Source: Mizuhopecten yessoensis
Taxonomy: Eukaryota
Direction: 5' to 3'
Assembly (NCBI RefSeq): GCF_002113885.1
Contig: NW_018408812.1
Coordinates: 139,372 to 203,371 of the forward strand
DNA: 64,000 bases
Under the pieces are notes generated by a model. The model was not told where the DNA came from and did no database searches. It was given only the letters and a program-made list of their open reading frames with translations. Of this stretch, positions 25,702-39,600 are shown piece by piece. Made by a program: the position numbers and the translations under genes. The first letter of the stretch is position 1. Every line of letters begins with the position of its first letter.

Positions 25702-26169
25702 GATAACTAAAGGCATCAAACATGTTTTTGTTATTTTTTACCTGATTAAGACTATAATATACATTGTATATATATATATACATTTAACTGCGTGAATATA
25801 CGCATACTGCAATGTTCTTCCACTCGAAATATTTGTCAAATCTCAACGCAATACTTTCTGTTGAAAATGTTATTGCGCGATCAACCGCATTTAATATATT
25901 TCTCGATTTCTAGCCCACCTAGTTCGACACTGGTCACATGTAATAAATACCCGAAATCAGTGACATGTGTCACTCAAATCAGGATAATGTACCAGTTTTG
26001 TACCTATTCAGTAACTACATATATGTCATGTAAACCAATTTCGTTCTTGAACACGTATGTAACACATTATGCTTTTATACCGTCTGTCCCTTTTGCGAAT
26101 AAGACTTTTCAGTTCCTTTGTAACCCATAGGCAACCGTCTTTCTTTCTAGTAGTCTTGTGTGATATGTT

Positions 26170-26880
26170 ACGCTCTATGCTGCTTTCACGTGTTCTGTTT
26201 GGAAGTGTTGGTACATGTCTTCAGCTGAACTGCCATTCTTGCTCATGTCATCAACAATAACTTTAATATCCTTCAGGTCTGATGTTATGTTGTCCCACCT
26301 CGCCTTTTTGTAGAGTGGAATCTTTCTAGGCTTTTGAAAATTTCTTGATGGTATGAGATCCAACTCGCTGTACACGATGTCATGGTCAGATATCCATGGT
26401 ATGATCTCCACAATTTGGCGGACGCAGGTAGGATAGCTTGTGACAGTGAGTTCCAGAGTGTTCAGTCCTCGAGTTGGTTCCTCAACTATCTGCCTTAAGC
26501 CATTTTCATCTAAGATATCCAGGAACTTGTGGTGTATACTTGGATGTTGAGTATTGGGTTTTAAGATGTTTTCCTTCCAGTTCCAACCAGGTAGATTAAA
26601 GGCACCTGCCCATATTACTAGAGCATTGTTAATCCTTGTCGTTCTTACTAAACTTACCCCTAGTTGGTGTATACTGTCCTCATTTGATGTTTTTGGAATG
26701 TAATAGCACGATAGGTATAAAGTCTTATGTTCCTCAAGTTCGAGTTTGCAACAAACAATTCCACAATCGGTATGTAATTCTGGGACTGGTGTTAAAATGT
26801 ATGTGTCCTTTACTGTTATGAGCAACCCTCCTCCATGCAGGTTTCTGTCATTTCTATAAATGTCATATCCTGGTGGTAGT
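26170..26880 (-). mobile_element. CR1-group LINE AP-endonuclease fragment (degenerate)
   Basis: PPGYDIYRNDR..GGG, GAFNLP (decayed GDFN), PTRGLNTLEL, SDHDIV; no RT follows. Confidence 0.85.
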
Positions 26881-27924
26881 TTTTATGGACTGGAAATTTA
26901 CGTTCAATAAATATCCTTAGGTGTTGTTTAGCTTTCTATGATTATGTTTCTCTCTAATTGGAGTAGATGAATATGTTGGTAGGACAAATTCTGGCATTGT
27001 TGGACTATATGTTGGTATATGCTAGTATCTGTACATGTGTGAATTTTACATTAAATGAGACTAAAACACACTCTCTTAAGTATCTTGGGTTATTATAATT
27101 CTTTTGCCATATGCTGGTGAGATGAGTTTACAGGTACAGTTTATTTTATTGACACTTGAAATATGACGAATACTGTGAAAATAAACATGTACATAAACGC
27201 CACCATTTTGGATTTGCCGTCACAGCGACTAAGCAGCAAGAAATGTCAATTATTCACATGTTCTTAAGCTATGGATGACCAGATTGATTTCGAATCGGTC
27301 TATGGTGTCTTGCTTCACCGCCTTACCAATATAACTGTCCGTGATTTCATGTTTGATCGCTTAAAATATGATAAAAGTGTTAGATTTAACAGGAGCTAGG
27401 AAGGAAGCATCATCACTCTAGCGCATGCGCACAACCTCCTTGGTCAATCATTTACCCCTTTAAATAAATTAAATTTAAGTATACCAATCTTTATTAAAAA
27501 GAAAATTGACAACAACATAAGCAGCATTTTCTGCTCAAACGATCGCAGTAAAAGCTTTTATCTGTTTAACCGGTGTTAAGAAAATCAAAAAAATGACTTC
27601 GAGTTACCTCCCTTTATTCATAAAATGTCGCAACTTTTGATAATAATGAATTTATCTAAATGATATGTGTTTGTTGTTTCTTAAAATGATATCAATTTAA
27701 TATACAAAAGCTGTGTATCTGTCATACAATTTTGTCCATGGTTTCTTTCGTCTGAGTCAATCATAGTCGCCCAGATATTTACAAAACAATTCTTCTTAAG
27801 CTGCACGTGAAGTGAACAATTTCTTCCAAATCAAGTCACATTAACGTAAAATGTATGTCAAATTCAGAATGCATACCAAGCGTTCAATATAGCGACCATT
27901 GCTACATCAGTGTTGTATTGAAAC

Positions 27925-28041
27925 ATTGAACTCTTTTTGTATGGTATTTAGGATCTATTTGAATGACACAGCTTTGCAAGCAAACAACATAAAGCTGTGT
28001 CATTCAAATAGATCATAAATACCATACAAAAACAGTTCGAT
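27925..28041. repeat. Near-perfect inverted repeat (about 50-bp arms, 15-nt loop)
   Basis: TTTTTGTATGGTATTTAGGATCTATTTGAATGACACAGCTTT ... AAAGCTGTGTCATTCAAATAGATCATAAATACCATACAAAAA. Confidence 0.9.
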
Positions 28042-28614
28042 ACTTATATTTACGTTTTCTCTGCCTCTTATGTTCTTTTTTAACTTATAATTTATATTTA
28101 AAATTAAAAATGCCCTCCTTATCGACAGTCCACACAAGTTTGTTTATTAGTTTAAACTGCGTATCGTCGCGTGCTACCACTCGGTGGCCACCATTAATCA
28201 GTTGATATAACTGACTGCCTGCAGTACCAGACTGTTTATTGGACGAACTGTCTAAATGTTAATCTGATAGCTCACTTTATTGACTCGGCACACTGTGAAA
28301 TAGTTGTTTTCAGGAACCTGTCATTCGCCAAGTAACATACATTTTGAGAGCTTGCAAAATAAACGTTAAATAACCGTGTTTTTTGTTCAAACCAAACATG
28401 GCCATATATCATATATACCAAATTGATTAATCTCACTTATCTTACTATAATGTTACACGTCTATGACAGGTTTTTTTTAAATTCATTTTGCAAGGAATTT
28501 ACAGTCGCGGATTCAGAAACCCTGCCCTCATGTTTACATTTTGGGTTTAGAACCTCAGAAAGCCAAAAGTTACAACCTCAGAGAGAATTAACCCTACCCC
28601 TGTACCTATAAATA

Positions 28615-29088
28615 CTAATATACAACATTTGATACAGCACCCTATTTAGATAACATAAGCCACACTAAAGCGCTTTACAGTACATGGATTTACAATTAAT
28701 ACAATTAGCATAAACATTAATCAATACAATTTTGAGGGAATTCGCAGGAGCTGTCTTATCAGGCGCTAATTACTAGTCCTGTGCCACCTGGCTAATATCT
28801 CCCTATGTTTGTATGCCTGTGTGTGTGCTGGAGATGTAATGTGTGTTCTGTTTGTAGTGGGACCGTGCTTCCAAAGGCATCATTTATAGTGCCACTTCAC
28901 CTGAATGCTAAAGCACATATACCACAACATCCACCCCAGACCAATTTCTACTTCACCTGGGTTGTTGGAGTTGTGTTGGCAGAAGAAAGACACTTTCTCT
29001 GAATATCCATGCGTTCGACGACTTCGGGGATCGAACACGGGCCGCCTGCCAGGAAGGCTGGAGTGTTAGCAACTCGACAAATCCGCCC
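28615..29088 (-). mobile_element. Full-length tRNA-derived SINE with L2-like tail
   Basis: Head GGGCGGATTTGTCGAGTTG (A box) ... GTTCGATCC (B box); central GTGGCACTATAAA; tail TGTAAAGCGCTTTAG; ATAAATA on both flanks (possible TSD). Confidence 0.85.
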
Positions 29089-29629
29089 ATAAATAACAGA
29101 CACTATCAGTAATTAACCTTTAAATATTCCTACAGACACCCACCTTCTATTTGCCTTTATCACGATGTGCTTCCTGCGAATAGATTAAATATTTCCGATG
29201 GGAAATATTGACTACATGTCAATGCGGTAATTCACATTTAACAAATGCCGGTAATAAAATATTCAAAAAGTACGAAAAACATTCATGTGATTCTTACTAC
29301 TGTAAACACCAATGCACGGCGTTTCGTTCTATACTTACACAACATGTTATGTTATGTCTTTATCAATGGATACATCTGTCAATACATTTCCATCTCTTTC
29401 CATAAACTTTGTCATGTAATCCCTTTACGTGTCATGGCCTACTCGCGGAAAGTGATACAATATTGAGACTGCGACTCACATTTTACATGAAAATCACAAT
29501 GGCTTATTGAAACAGGGACATGGTTAAGTATTGTTAGCAAGGTTTAACTTGCCAATCTAATGATGATCTATTTGAAAGTTTTATTTAGTGTTTTTCGTTA
29601 TTTTATTTTCTAGTAAGAGTTATTCACCT

Positions 29630-29755
29630 TGGTATGTGTGAGTTGGCTTCCCCCAGGAACTCCGGCTTTCCTCCACCAACAAAACCTGGCACGTCCTTAA
29701 ATTAAATGACCATACCTGTTAATAGGACGTAAAACACAAACAAACAAACAAACCC
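29630..29755 (+). mobile_element. V-SINE-like 3' fragment
   Basis: GGAACTCCGGCTTTCCTCCACC ... TAATAGGACGTAAAAC followed by (AAAC)n. Confidence 0.7.
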
Positions 29756-29784
29756 TTAACGTGTAAATATAAAAAAAAAAAAAT

Positions 29785-29954
29785 GCCATGTGACGTGACC
29801 GTATGTCTTGTGATTGAGTTATCTCCTAAACACCAGCGTTGCTGGCATTCAACACATGAGATCATACCGCGTGATATCTAAGTTACCCGTGATCACTACG
29901 AGGAGAGTTTAGTCGTGTCACTGGGGTCGGAATGAGGGACGAATAATAAATCTA
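29785..29954 (+). promoter_or_regulatory. Conserved non-coding block upstream of paralog C
   Basis: CTCCTAAACACCAGCGTTGCT, CGTGATATCTAAGTTACCCGTGATCAC and GGACGAAT match the blocks of A and B. Confidence 0.72.
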
Positions 29955-30324
29955 TTAATAGAAATAATGTGTTTTTGTCAAAGTAGGTATTGAAAAGTGA
30001 TTTCTTGTTAAATTGATGGTAATTGATCTAATGTTCATACAAAAACACTATTAGGTAACGGGACATTTTCTTGAGAGTTGTAACACTTTGTGAAATTATT
30101 AAGGAAAAGAAATACATTTAATAATATCATAACCACTACTGGAATTGATAAGCTTAATGCTTCATAATAGAGAGGCAGAACAATCTTGTTTTGTGGCAGA
30201 ACCAAGGTGATAAGTGAAAAAGGAAATTATGTATTTCTTGTGTATACATGTACAATTTCTTTCCTGTAGTAAAGAAGATGGTCATTTCAAAAGCCCTCTG
30301 GTTGACTGGTCATCTATGTTTTGT

Positions 30325-30569
30325 CTTTAGTTATCAATCCAGTCACAGCATAACCTTGACTGTTATCTAGAACATATTTCCTATGCCTGCTCTAAATGTT
30401 TGCCCAATCTTATCCGTGAAAATATCACCTCATATTTTTAAGTATTCCCTCTTTCGCAATACGGACTGATAACAACGTTGATTTCGAATTGTTTCTCATG
30501 TGATTGATAACATTTAAACCTGGCGTTTGTTACATAAGGCATCAGTTAGGGCAGAGGACGAGAAGAAAC
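30325..30569 (+). promoter_or_regulatory. Proximal promoter/5'UTR of paralog C
   Basis: Colinear with the B promoter; TCATGTGA at 30496-30503, TCAGTT at 30542. Confidence 0.6.
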
Positions 30570-30698
30570 ATGGCCATTCTAAAACTAACCGTATTGATAG
30601 GATTGCTAGCCGCATGTTTGGCGCTTGCGACGGATTCGGTTGACCATATTTCTCAGCTGATTAAAGACGGGCAAGTCAGAAGCGCAAACCCTGTTCAG
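30570..30698 (+). CDS. MOXD1: Paralog C exon 1
   Basis: MAILKLTVLIGLLAACLALATDSVDHISQLIKDGQVRSANPVQ, donor GTGGGT. Confidence 0.88.
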
Positions 30699-33600
30699 GT
30701 GGGTGGAGTGTCTCGTTATACATTTGCTCATTAATTGTTACATGTTAAATCGTTTTCATCAAAGTATTTTAAAAGTTATTTCCTTATGTTATACCTTTTA
30801 TATTTATTCATAATTAAACCGATTTCAGCTGGTATTCATATTATATATGAAAGACGAATGGAAACTGACAATTATCATAAAGTACATTGTGTATTTCGTG
30901 TTAAAGTCATTTTTCACTTGGTATTCAAATTTAATATGTGCGTCAACTGAAACCTGTTCCAAATTTAAACTAACATTATTTATTTTACTATCATGATTTC
31001 GAAAAAAAAAATATTTGGTAAGATCCGCATTAAGTTAAAATAGGATTATTTATCGTGTTTGCTTGTTTAATGAATAGAACAGCCATTTTCAAAAGGAGGT
31101 CAATGGTAACAAACCTTACCACTATGACGTCATTATACTAATGACGTAAACACGCGAGCTTGAATAATTATATTCAATCTAATTTAATACATTGTTATTG
31201 ATAATTAGACTAGAAAACGACAATAACGTCAGTTTATAGTTATCCTTCCTTTAAAAACAAAGATAAAACAATGATTTTACGGTATGTGGTATATTGTATT
31301 GTTTAACGATGTCACTGTATACCAAAATCGAGAAAGAAGGGTTACATTGCTTAATACCAATCAGTTGTAGTAACATATCAAGACAATCAAAATACCTTTT
31401 AATTAAAACGGTAACAGGCATTGCCATTCTTCATTAAATAATTGCTCTACTGTGAAGGAATCTTTTTAGATGGTCATTACCACTAGTGGTCTATACATGT
31501 ACGATAAAACCGTTCTGGCCTATTTGCTCTGATTATTGTTTGGTTAATAGGCGTATTTGGGCACAATATAGATATTATTAAAGCCAATATATTTTTGTCA
31601 TAGACGGCCAAAGTGTTAGACAATTCATCAATTATGGAAATTTAAGAAAAGCTTAAGAAAGTTTCAAAAAATAATATGTTGTTTCGTCAAAGAGAAGCCA
31701 TTTGTGACTTTTGTCCACACTTACATGTAACCCCCAAATATCCCGAAATGTTCTCCAGGCTGACCTTAATTTTATGTGATGGCATAACCCTAGGTATGTA
31801 ATGCAAAAACAGACTTATCGATGATAGGTGATAGCCAACAGAAGGTCCAAATCGCCACTCTTCCTTTTACAGACGAAATCACGTAATAATAATAATAATA
31901 ATTCGAGGTTCTTATATACCGCTTTATCACAACCTAGTTCGTAGGTCGTCTCAAAGCAGTTCACAATTTATTATCCGTGGTTATATGGCCTTTGCAACCA
32001 GCCAATATGTTTATCACCTCCCTGGGAGCATACAGCCGATGCTGTCATTTCGACGCTCACAGCTAGCATTCTATGATTCTAGCACTACCCAACCCCGTAC
32101 TCATTTACAGCTGAGTAGACTGGAACAAGCGGAGCAAAGTATCTTGCTCAAATATACAGCCGGTGCTGCCATTACGACGCTCACAGCTAGCATTCTATGA
32201 TTCTAGCACTACCCAACCATGTACTCATTTACAGCTGAGTAGACTTGAAAAAGCGGAGCAAAGTATCTTGCTCAGGGATACAACATAGTGCCGTGCCGTG
32301 CCGTGCCGTGACTCGAACCCGCAACCCCTCGGTCACGAGCCCGGCGTCCTACTACTAGACTACCGTGCCTCCTACATGTGTGTATCGTTAGATAACGTTA
32401 ACCTTTCAGTACTTTCTATTTTGTGACTTCTATAAATATTCCTTTATCAAACATTTCCATCGTTTACGGGTTTTTACGTGATGACGGTAATTAAGTTTTA
32501 GAAAGTACTAGACATCTTAAGAACTATAGCAATTTTAAAACTCAGTTGTCTCATAAATCATTTCAAAATAATTTATCTGTAAACAAAATAATTAATCTGT
32601 AAACAAAATGACCGAAGTTTTATTTGATAACAAAGAAACAAAACACTTGAACCAAACGACCAATAATTTATGTTTATTGATCTGCGTCAAAATCGATGTT
32701 TTTATACCTGTTATAAATGTCACCTTCCCAAGATAACGCCGGGTACATTTCACTGTTGACTGAAATGTCGTCCAGGACAACACGAGTCAACTGTTATCAG
32801 GTGACTGGAACTTCGTGCAGCAACGCGGATTTTTTCGTTTCTATTTGAATTATACTCTCACCTGTAACCATGAACGGAGTGCATAAATTATGTTCTTCTT
32901 ACCCTCCACTCAAACACACGAGCTCCATTTTCTGTATTTATTGTAACATGAATTTAGGGATGACGCATTCAAATTGTAAGCATTCAGCGAAAATAACTAC
33001 AACAAAGTCAGCATATTTTTCAATTTTTTAATGTTCTCAAGGAAAAAGACCATAATCAATACTCGTTTTCCACCTTGACAATACTCAGAGGGTCGAGCGA
33101 TGCTTTTTAAGTTTATACATATAAGTAGTGGAGAAGTTACAGAACTGATACAAAACGTCAGAAAAGCCTTCTAAAGGAAGAAGTAGTCACCGAAAATGTC
33201 AACTATTTGAAAAGTGATATTGAAAGACCCATTTCCATATTAAATACTGGAATCAACATGGACTTGTATTATGTAATTAATAACAAGTAGTTGTATAATT
33301 ATAAGCTTAACGTATTATAATGTGAATATTAATATACCATACAATATTGACATAGCTTATTCATAATATCTAATGTATATAAGCCTAATATTCAACTATC
33401 TATGAGTCAAAAAAAATCATGCAATTATCACACACAGATTATTGTGAATATTGATTATTGGAAAACGATAGGCAAATGTTATAAGGGAGATAAATTAGGA
33501 GTTCATAGATTGTCATGAAGCGTGATGTGCAATTAGTTTATATCTTTTTATTCATTTCCTTTATTATGTTTGATTGTTGGCTGTGTAGTGAAATCAAATT

Positions 33601-36600
33601 AGTGATCTAGTTTATTAGGTAACGTATTAGAGCATGTGTATTTAATACGTTTAATGATGTATTGTTTATGTTTCATTCATGTAAATTAAATCTAACAGAT
33701 ACCGAGACCGACGCCTACCCGCCATTTTGAACACTATGTCAAGCTCGATACCACTGGTCAGTTCTGGCTGTTTTGGACCGCCAATTCCACCCACGTGACC
33801 TTTGAGACACACGTGAACACGCATGGTTACGTTGGATTTGGAATCTCCCCGAACGGAAAGATGTTCCCAGCTGACGTCATTGTGGGCGGAGTCAAGGACG
33901 GTCAAACCTACTTCAAGGTTTGTATTTAATTACTGTGCATGATGTGTGGAATGGGTGGAGCCAAGGATGGCTCGCCTTCGTCATTGATTATAATTAGTAT
34001 TGGATATATTTGAGCGCAGAAAGGCCGATCTAAGCGTTTAAGTGTAATTAGGGATATAGACAATCATAGTTTATGGAGTAAACCATTGTTATAAATTGAA
34101 AAACAAAAGTTACAATTTTTCTTTTTTTCTTTTGAACTCTGGGGTATTTAAATGTGTCCAAGTTTTTAAACATAACGTAGACTGATTCAAAGCTGATACT
34201 GCAGTACAGCGAAACGTTATTTCTTCAAAATGTTTTTTTAAATCATTAATAAAAAAAAATGTAAAGGATATGCATTCATGTGATATAGTCGACATAATCA
34301 ATGAACATCAAGTAGACTTCGAAATAATGAAGTAATGAAAAGGGTGAAAATATGAATAATTTTCTTCAATTTCTGATTGAAACACGATACCATTTCGATT
34401 TTAAAATAAAAAAGCAGAATTTGTTTCCGTATTAATGATTGCGGAAGTTTATTTTAATTAATAATCAACTTTTGCACTTTTGATTATTTAATTAACTTAT
34501 TCTACCGTAGTCCTCGATGTTTTTCAGTAAATGTTTGTTTCACAGGACTATCATACTACTGAGCATGCCCCGCCAGTAGTTGACCAATCACAAGACTGGT
34601 TCCTCATCGCTGGCAAGGAAACTGCATCCGGAACAGTCCTAACCTTTGTGCGCAAACTCAACACATGTGATAGTGTTGGTGACGTGGTCATAACGGTATG
34701 TGTGCAAAAACACTAGAAGCCAATGTCTGTATGCGCAAATGCAGGGGGGACAGTTGATGGACGCGACTTATATTTCATCGCAAAAAACACCTGAAATATA
34801 TACGAACAGTAAATATGAACAAGAAAAGCACATAATATAACATGTATGGAACATATGTAGAAGAAAAACTGCTACCGAATCGATAGAAGTCATCATCAAT
34901 GACAGTGTGCCAGTGCATATGATTGAAACACCACAATCGAATCGCGAGAATGCATTTTTCCCGAAATGGATTACAAATTATACACTTCTTAACTAAAAAC
35001 AGCCAATCGTTGTAAGATTGTAACATTACAGTAGTTTGTTAAGCACCTGGTCCTTCTCGTAGTATATCTACATATGTTTAAGAACGTTTCAGATATTGAT
35101 TTTTATTCGTTTGACCTTATATAGGACTGATGAGTCTTAAATTCCGTCTTTGCGTATTGCAGAGTTATCTTCTCTTGGGAGCAGGGATTGATTGTTACGT
35201 CATTAGTTTGTGCGAGAAAATTACGTCGTTTTCTCAAAAATTGATTACGTTACTCTCACAAATAAGTGACGTAACAATCAATACCTGCTCCAAAGAGAAG
35301 ATAAATCTGCAATACGCAAAGACGGAATAGACGAAAAGGCCATAAAGTAATATGTTTACTTGATATAATTGTCTCCATCGACATGCTAAATTCTTAAGTG
35401 TAATTTACTTTTACTTATAGTTTTACTTTCTACACAAACAATGAACGTTTTAAACGTGTCGCAACGGTTCAATATCGACTGGTCCCTTTGTCAAGAAACG
35501 AGTTCAAGACCGACTAGTCCTTTGTCAATCTATGACTGCGATATCAGAGCTCGATATCAGAGCTCGATAAAGGGACCAGTCGGTATTGAAACGTTGCGAA
35601 ACGTTTAATACATACATTGTGTGTTTATAAAGTAAAAAATTGATAAAACTTATTTCCAAACTGATGAATCTTATTGGAGGGTTTCTTAAACGTGTGTTTC
35701 CTTGATAAATATAATACACATACAGTGAATATGATGCAGCTGTCTGGATAATTTGCAACCGAAGAATTTATTTTATCAACACACGGTGTTATATTACTTA
35801 TATTACATGGGTTAGCCGTTCCTTGATATGTATATAGAAAAAATGGAAGACAAGTAGATTTCAGGCAGGTCCCTATCGCTTTCAACTCTTTATTTGTTTT
35901 AAGGGAATGTGTTGGTTTCAAAATGAACCTGTCCCCTGATGAACCTCTAAAGAGATGAAAGAGTTAAGGAACTGCTCAAAATCTTTGTTTTTCTTTTATT
36001 TATATCAATCATCACAAGGACTTTTGAATTTTTATGTATATCTATATTTTGCAATATCTTGTTTCGATTTGTTTCGTTTCTGTTACCACATGCATTATTA
36101 TATTTTACAGGATGACACCACTAGAATTATCTTCTCCTACAATCCTGTCGACGTGACGAGTTATATCCCCTACCATGGCGCCACCAGGCGAGGAGCAAAG
36201 AGCGTCATGCTGTTGTCTTCTTCTTTGAAACCGGAGGACTTCAATTTTCCCAACGATACAGTTACCTACGACTTAGTTCATGACAATGTAGGATTTTAGT
36301 GCGCATGTCATGATAAATTACAACTTCTGGTGTTTCAAATTCTATTTGCGAATTCCTATATCAAAAGTTGCTTATTTTCTTATTTTCTTTCTACCTTATG
36401 AGCATTGTTTTTAATGTTGAAACAAAAGTCCACACCTGACAGCTTTAATTGATTCAGACCGGCAAATAGCCATTATTAAATTGAACAGTTATGGTAGACA
36501 ACTGATATTCTACAAGGAGATGTCAAAATTAAGCGTCGGCAAATACCACCAATTATTTAAAAGAGACTTTATTTGTTTAAACCGATCTTTTGCATATTCA

Positions 36601-39600
36601 TGAATGAGATGCTTTATATTTTGACCTTATACATATATCTGTATAGATCACATTGCAACCAATACGAGAGAAACAACTGTTTTAATTGTATCCGTTATAC
36701 TATACCTTATGTCTTAGGTGAACACTAATATATGGAAAGTGCTTACTTTTGTAGACATGATGATGAGGGTTAGATGTAGTATAACGAAATACTTACCCTT
36801 AATGAGTTTTGAGTGTTAACTGTGACTTTCTGCTTGTTTTTATGTCTCCTCGGTCGTGTCCTGCTATCTAATAATTATGATACATGTTTGTTTCGAAACA
36901 GGCTTTCACTTTGGTGGAAATATATATGTTTGGCACACTTCGTGTAACCACTAATTCATGTTTTGTCACTGCAGTACCACGTTCCGGCCGACAAAACTAT
37001 CTACGCGTGTCGAGCGATCAAGTTACCTCACCTCACCTCCAAACATCACATGATAAAGGTATGTCATGTATCAGATACAGTACAGTTGTTACACAAAAAC
37101 TAGGAATTAATTATTGTTACAAAATAGTCTCCAACATTTGTAATAGAATACTGATACAAACATTGTCAACACTCAGAAAACACAGAGAACTAGCATACTG
37201 CTTGCGAACAGTGTTTTAGGAATATAACAGGTGTAATGTAACTAGTATCTACTGAAGACCTCTATTATTGTGCAGTCTAGATACTATCACTATGATATAT
37301 ATGTAATAACTTTGTAATGATGTAGATAACTGACTTACTAAGGCTAAGAGTACACATCTTATATAGATGTGTTGTATGTGTGAGGGTGTGTGTGAGGGTG
37401 TTTGTGACGTGTAGACATGTGGGTATGCAAGTATGTATAAGCTTGGGTAGATGTTTACATATTTAATTAGTATACGTTACCCGAAGTAGTTATTCTACTC
37501 TTTTGAATGTCTGTGTAATACTACTAGCAATGCTTACACTTTAAGATCTATTTATCTATATATATATATATATATATATATTATTTTCTATAATATCTAT
37601 TAATTACCTTATTCACTCTGACTTGTATATTCTATTTATTCTATGTGGTAGCTATTGGAGAGGACCTATATAGGCTTGCCTTTTGTCCAATAAATTTGTT
37701 TTCTAAACAGTAAATTTTGTTGAAATGAAACAGGTGTAATGTAAAAGGTTTCATATATCTATCGAAAACCATTTTTAAAAGAAAATAGGAAATTCATTTA
37801 AGAAAATGCATTGTTAATCATATATAAGGATATTCGTATAATGTAAAAATGTTGAACATAATTATATTGACAATACTTTTTCAAATTGAATTTCAAACTT
37901 GTTGGCTCCTAACATCACCGGTTCAAGTCCTAGAAGGTCGAAACATCTGTATGATGCAATGTAATTCATTTTTGATATTTTGTTTCTATTACCTTTGCTG
38001 TAACTTTGATGGCCACAGTTACCTCTGATTAGTAATGGCAAAGTTCATAATATACACACTTAACCCATTATTTAAGTTAAAATTAACCACAACTTTTCTT
38101 AATTTTCAATTTATGAATTACGGAGTTTAATTCACCTTCCTCTCTGCTTCAACAATAGTAAAGACATTATGGATTCCCAACTTTGTGGCCCCATATCATC
38201 ATAGAAGAGTCTCCGAAGGACGAGATAGCCGTAGGATGCTGTGTGATTCATTTTGACATACTGTATCTATTACTAAATATAGTAGCAATTACCTAAGACT
38301 GTGTGTGTTATGTTCATCCTTTAATCGACTAGCTAACAATATATTCAACAAACTCACGCCAGTATATCGTTGTCCTAACCTTTTGTAAATCTTCAGTACG
38401 AGCCAGTCATCACACCCGGAAATGAATTAAACGTGCATCACGTGGTCGTCTTCAGATGTGACAAGCGCGCTGCTGAACTTGCCAAGTACGACGGCACCGC
38501 CTTCCGCTGTGAATATTATGATCAAACTGTACCGGAACCCCTTCGTGGTTGTCTGTTCAAGGCCATCATCGCTTGGGCCGTCGGAGGGGAGGTAAGTACG
38601 ATCAAGGATCTTTAAACAAATGATACGATGGATGCACTTAATCCCAGGGAAGTGTGCATCACAAGGAGAGAGCGACATTGGTTTGGTGATATATGACTTT
38701 GAAAAAAACTTCCTTGTTTTGTTAACTTTATGTGGGAAGTGCTAAATTATCTAAATACGTTTCTCCTCATGGAATGACGTTTTGCCAATACGGTTTGGCT
38801 ACGACACATGAACTTGATCATTTTTTCCGAATTGTCGGCAGTTAGCGAGCAATAAGCGTGTGTCTGATAAGTCGGTTAGGAAATAATGAGTTGTTTATAA
38901 GTTGTCTTGTACGGGTTGGCTATGACATTTAAAGCTGGTCCGTATTTTCCTGTACATGTCGGCTACACAAATTGTAAAAAGTGTTTCTATGCACATAAGA
39001 AGTTGTATAACCTTTCCCAGCCAAACGGCTAAGACACAAAACGTATTCTGTATTTTCCTGTACAGGTTGGTTAACGTGGATGACACCGTCTGATTGGTCA
39101 ATATCTAACCTCAGATTATGATCAAATCACTACTGGTCGATACTACAATCAATAAGCATTAACAAAATATGGTCATGCAAAATTTCAAACTAAATTTAAA
39201 TTTGTAAAGAGTTTCATTAGCATAAATGAAATTAAAATTTACAGGTTTTAATACTAATCTAATTTCTAGATGTTTAACTTTTTCAGCTGTTCCCAGCACT
39301 TTTCTTAAACATTTAGATGAATAAAACTTATTAAGTAATCAGGTCTACGTTCTCTTGAAATGCACCACAAAGCAACCATTAGTCTGGCTGACCTCCCCTG
39401 GTATGGCATCCCATTATTATTGGAAAATATTAATATATTCACTTATTTTAAAGGCAGTCATATCTGCCGCTTAATTAAGGACAATGTCAATTTATAGTTT
39501 TAAGTGTTTTCTTCATATGACGTCACTCCAGCGTTATTGTTAATTTCCTGCCATTACTTATCAAAGCGCTTTAGAGTGGCTTATGTTAGCTAGATAGGGC

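Noticed and set aside
29020-29088. tRNA genes (also near 12300, 32320, 42690, 49780)
   Set aside because: A/B boxes only, with no complete cloverleaf or terminator; they are SINE heads or LTR parts
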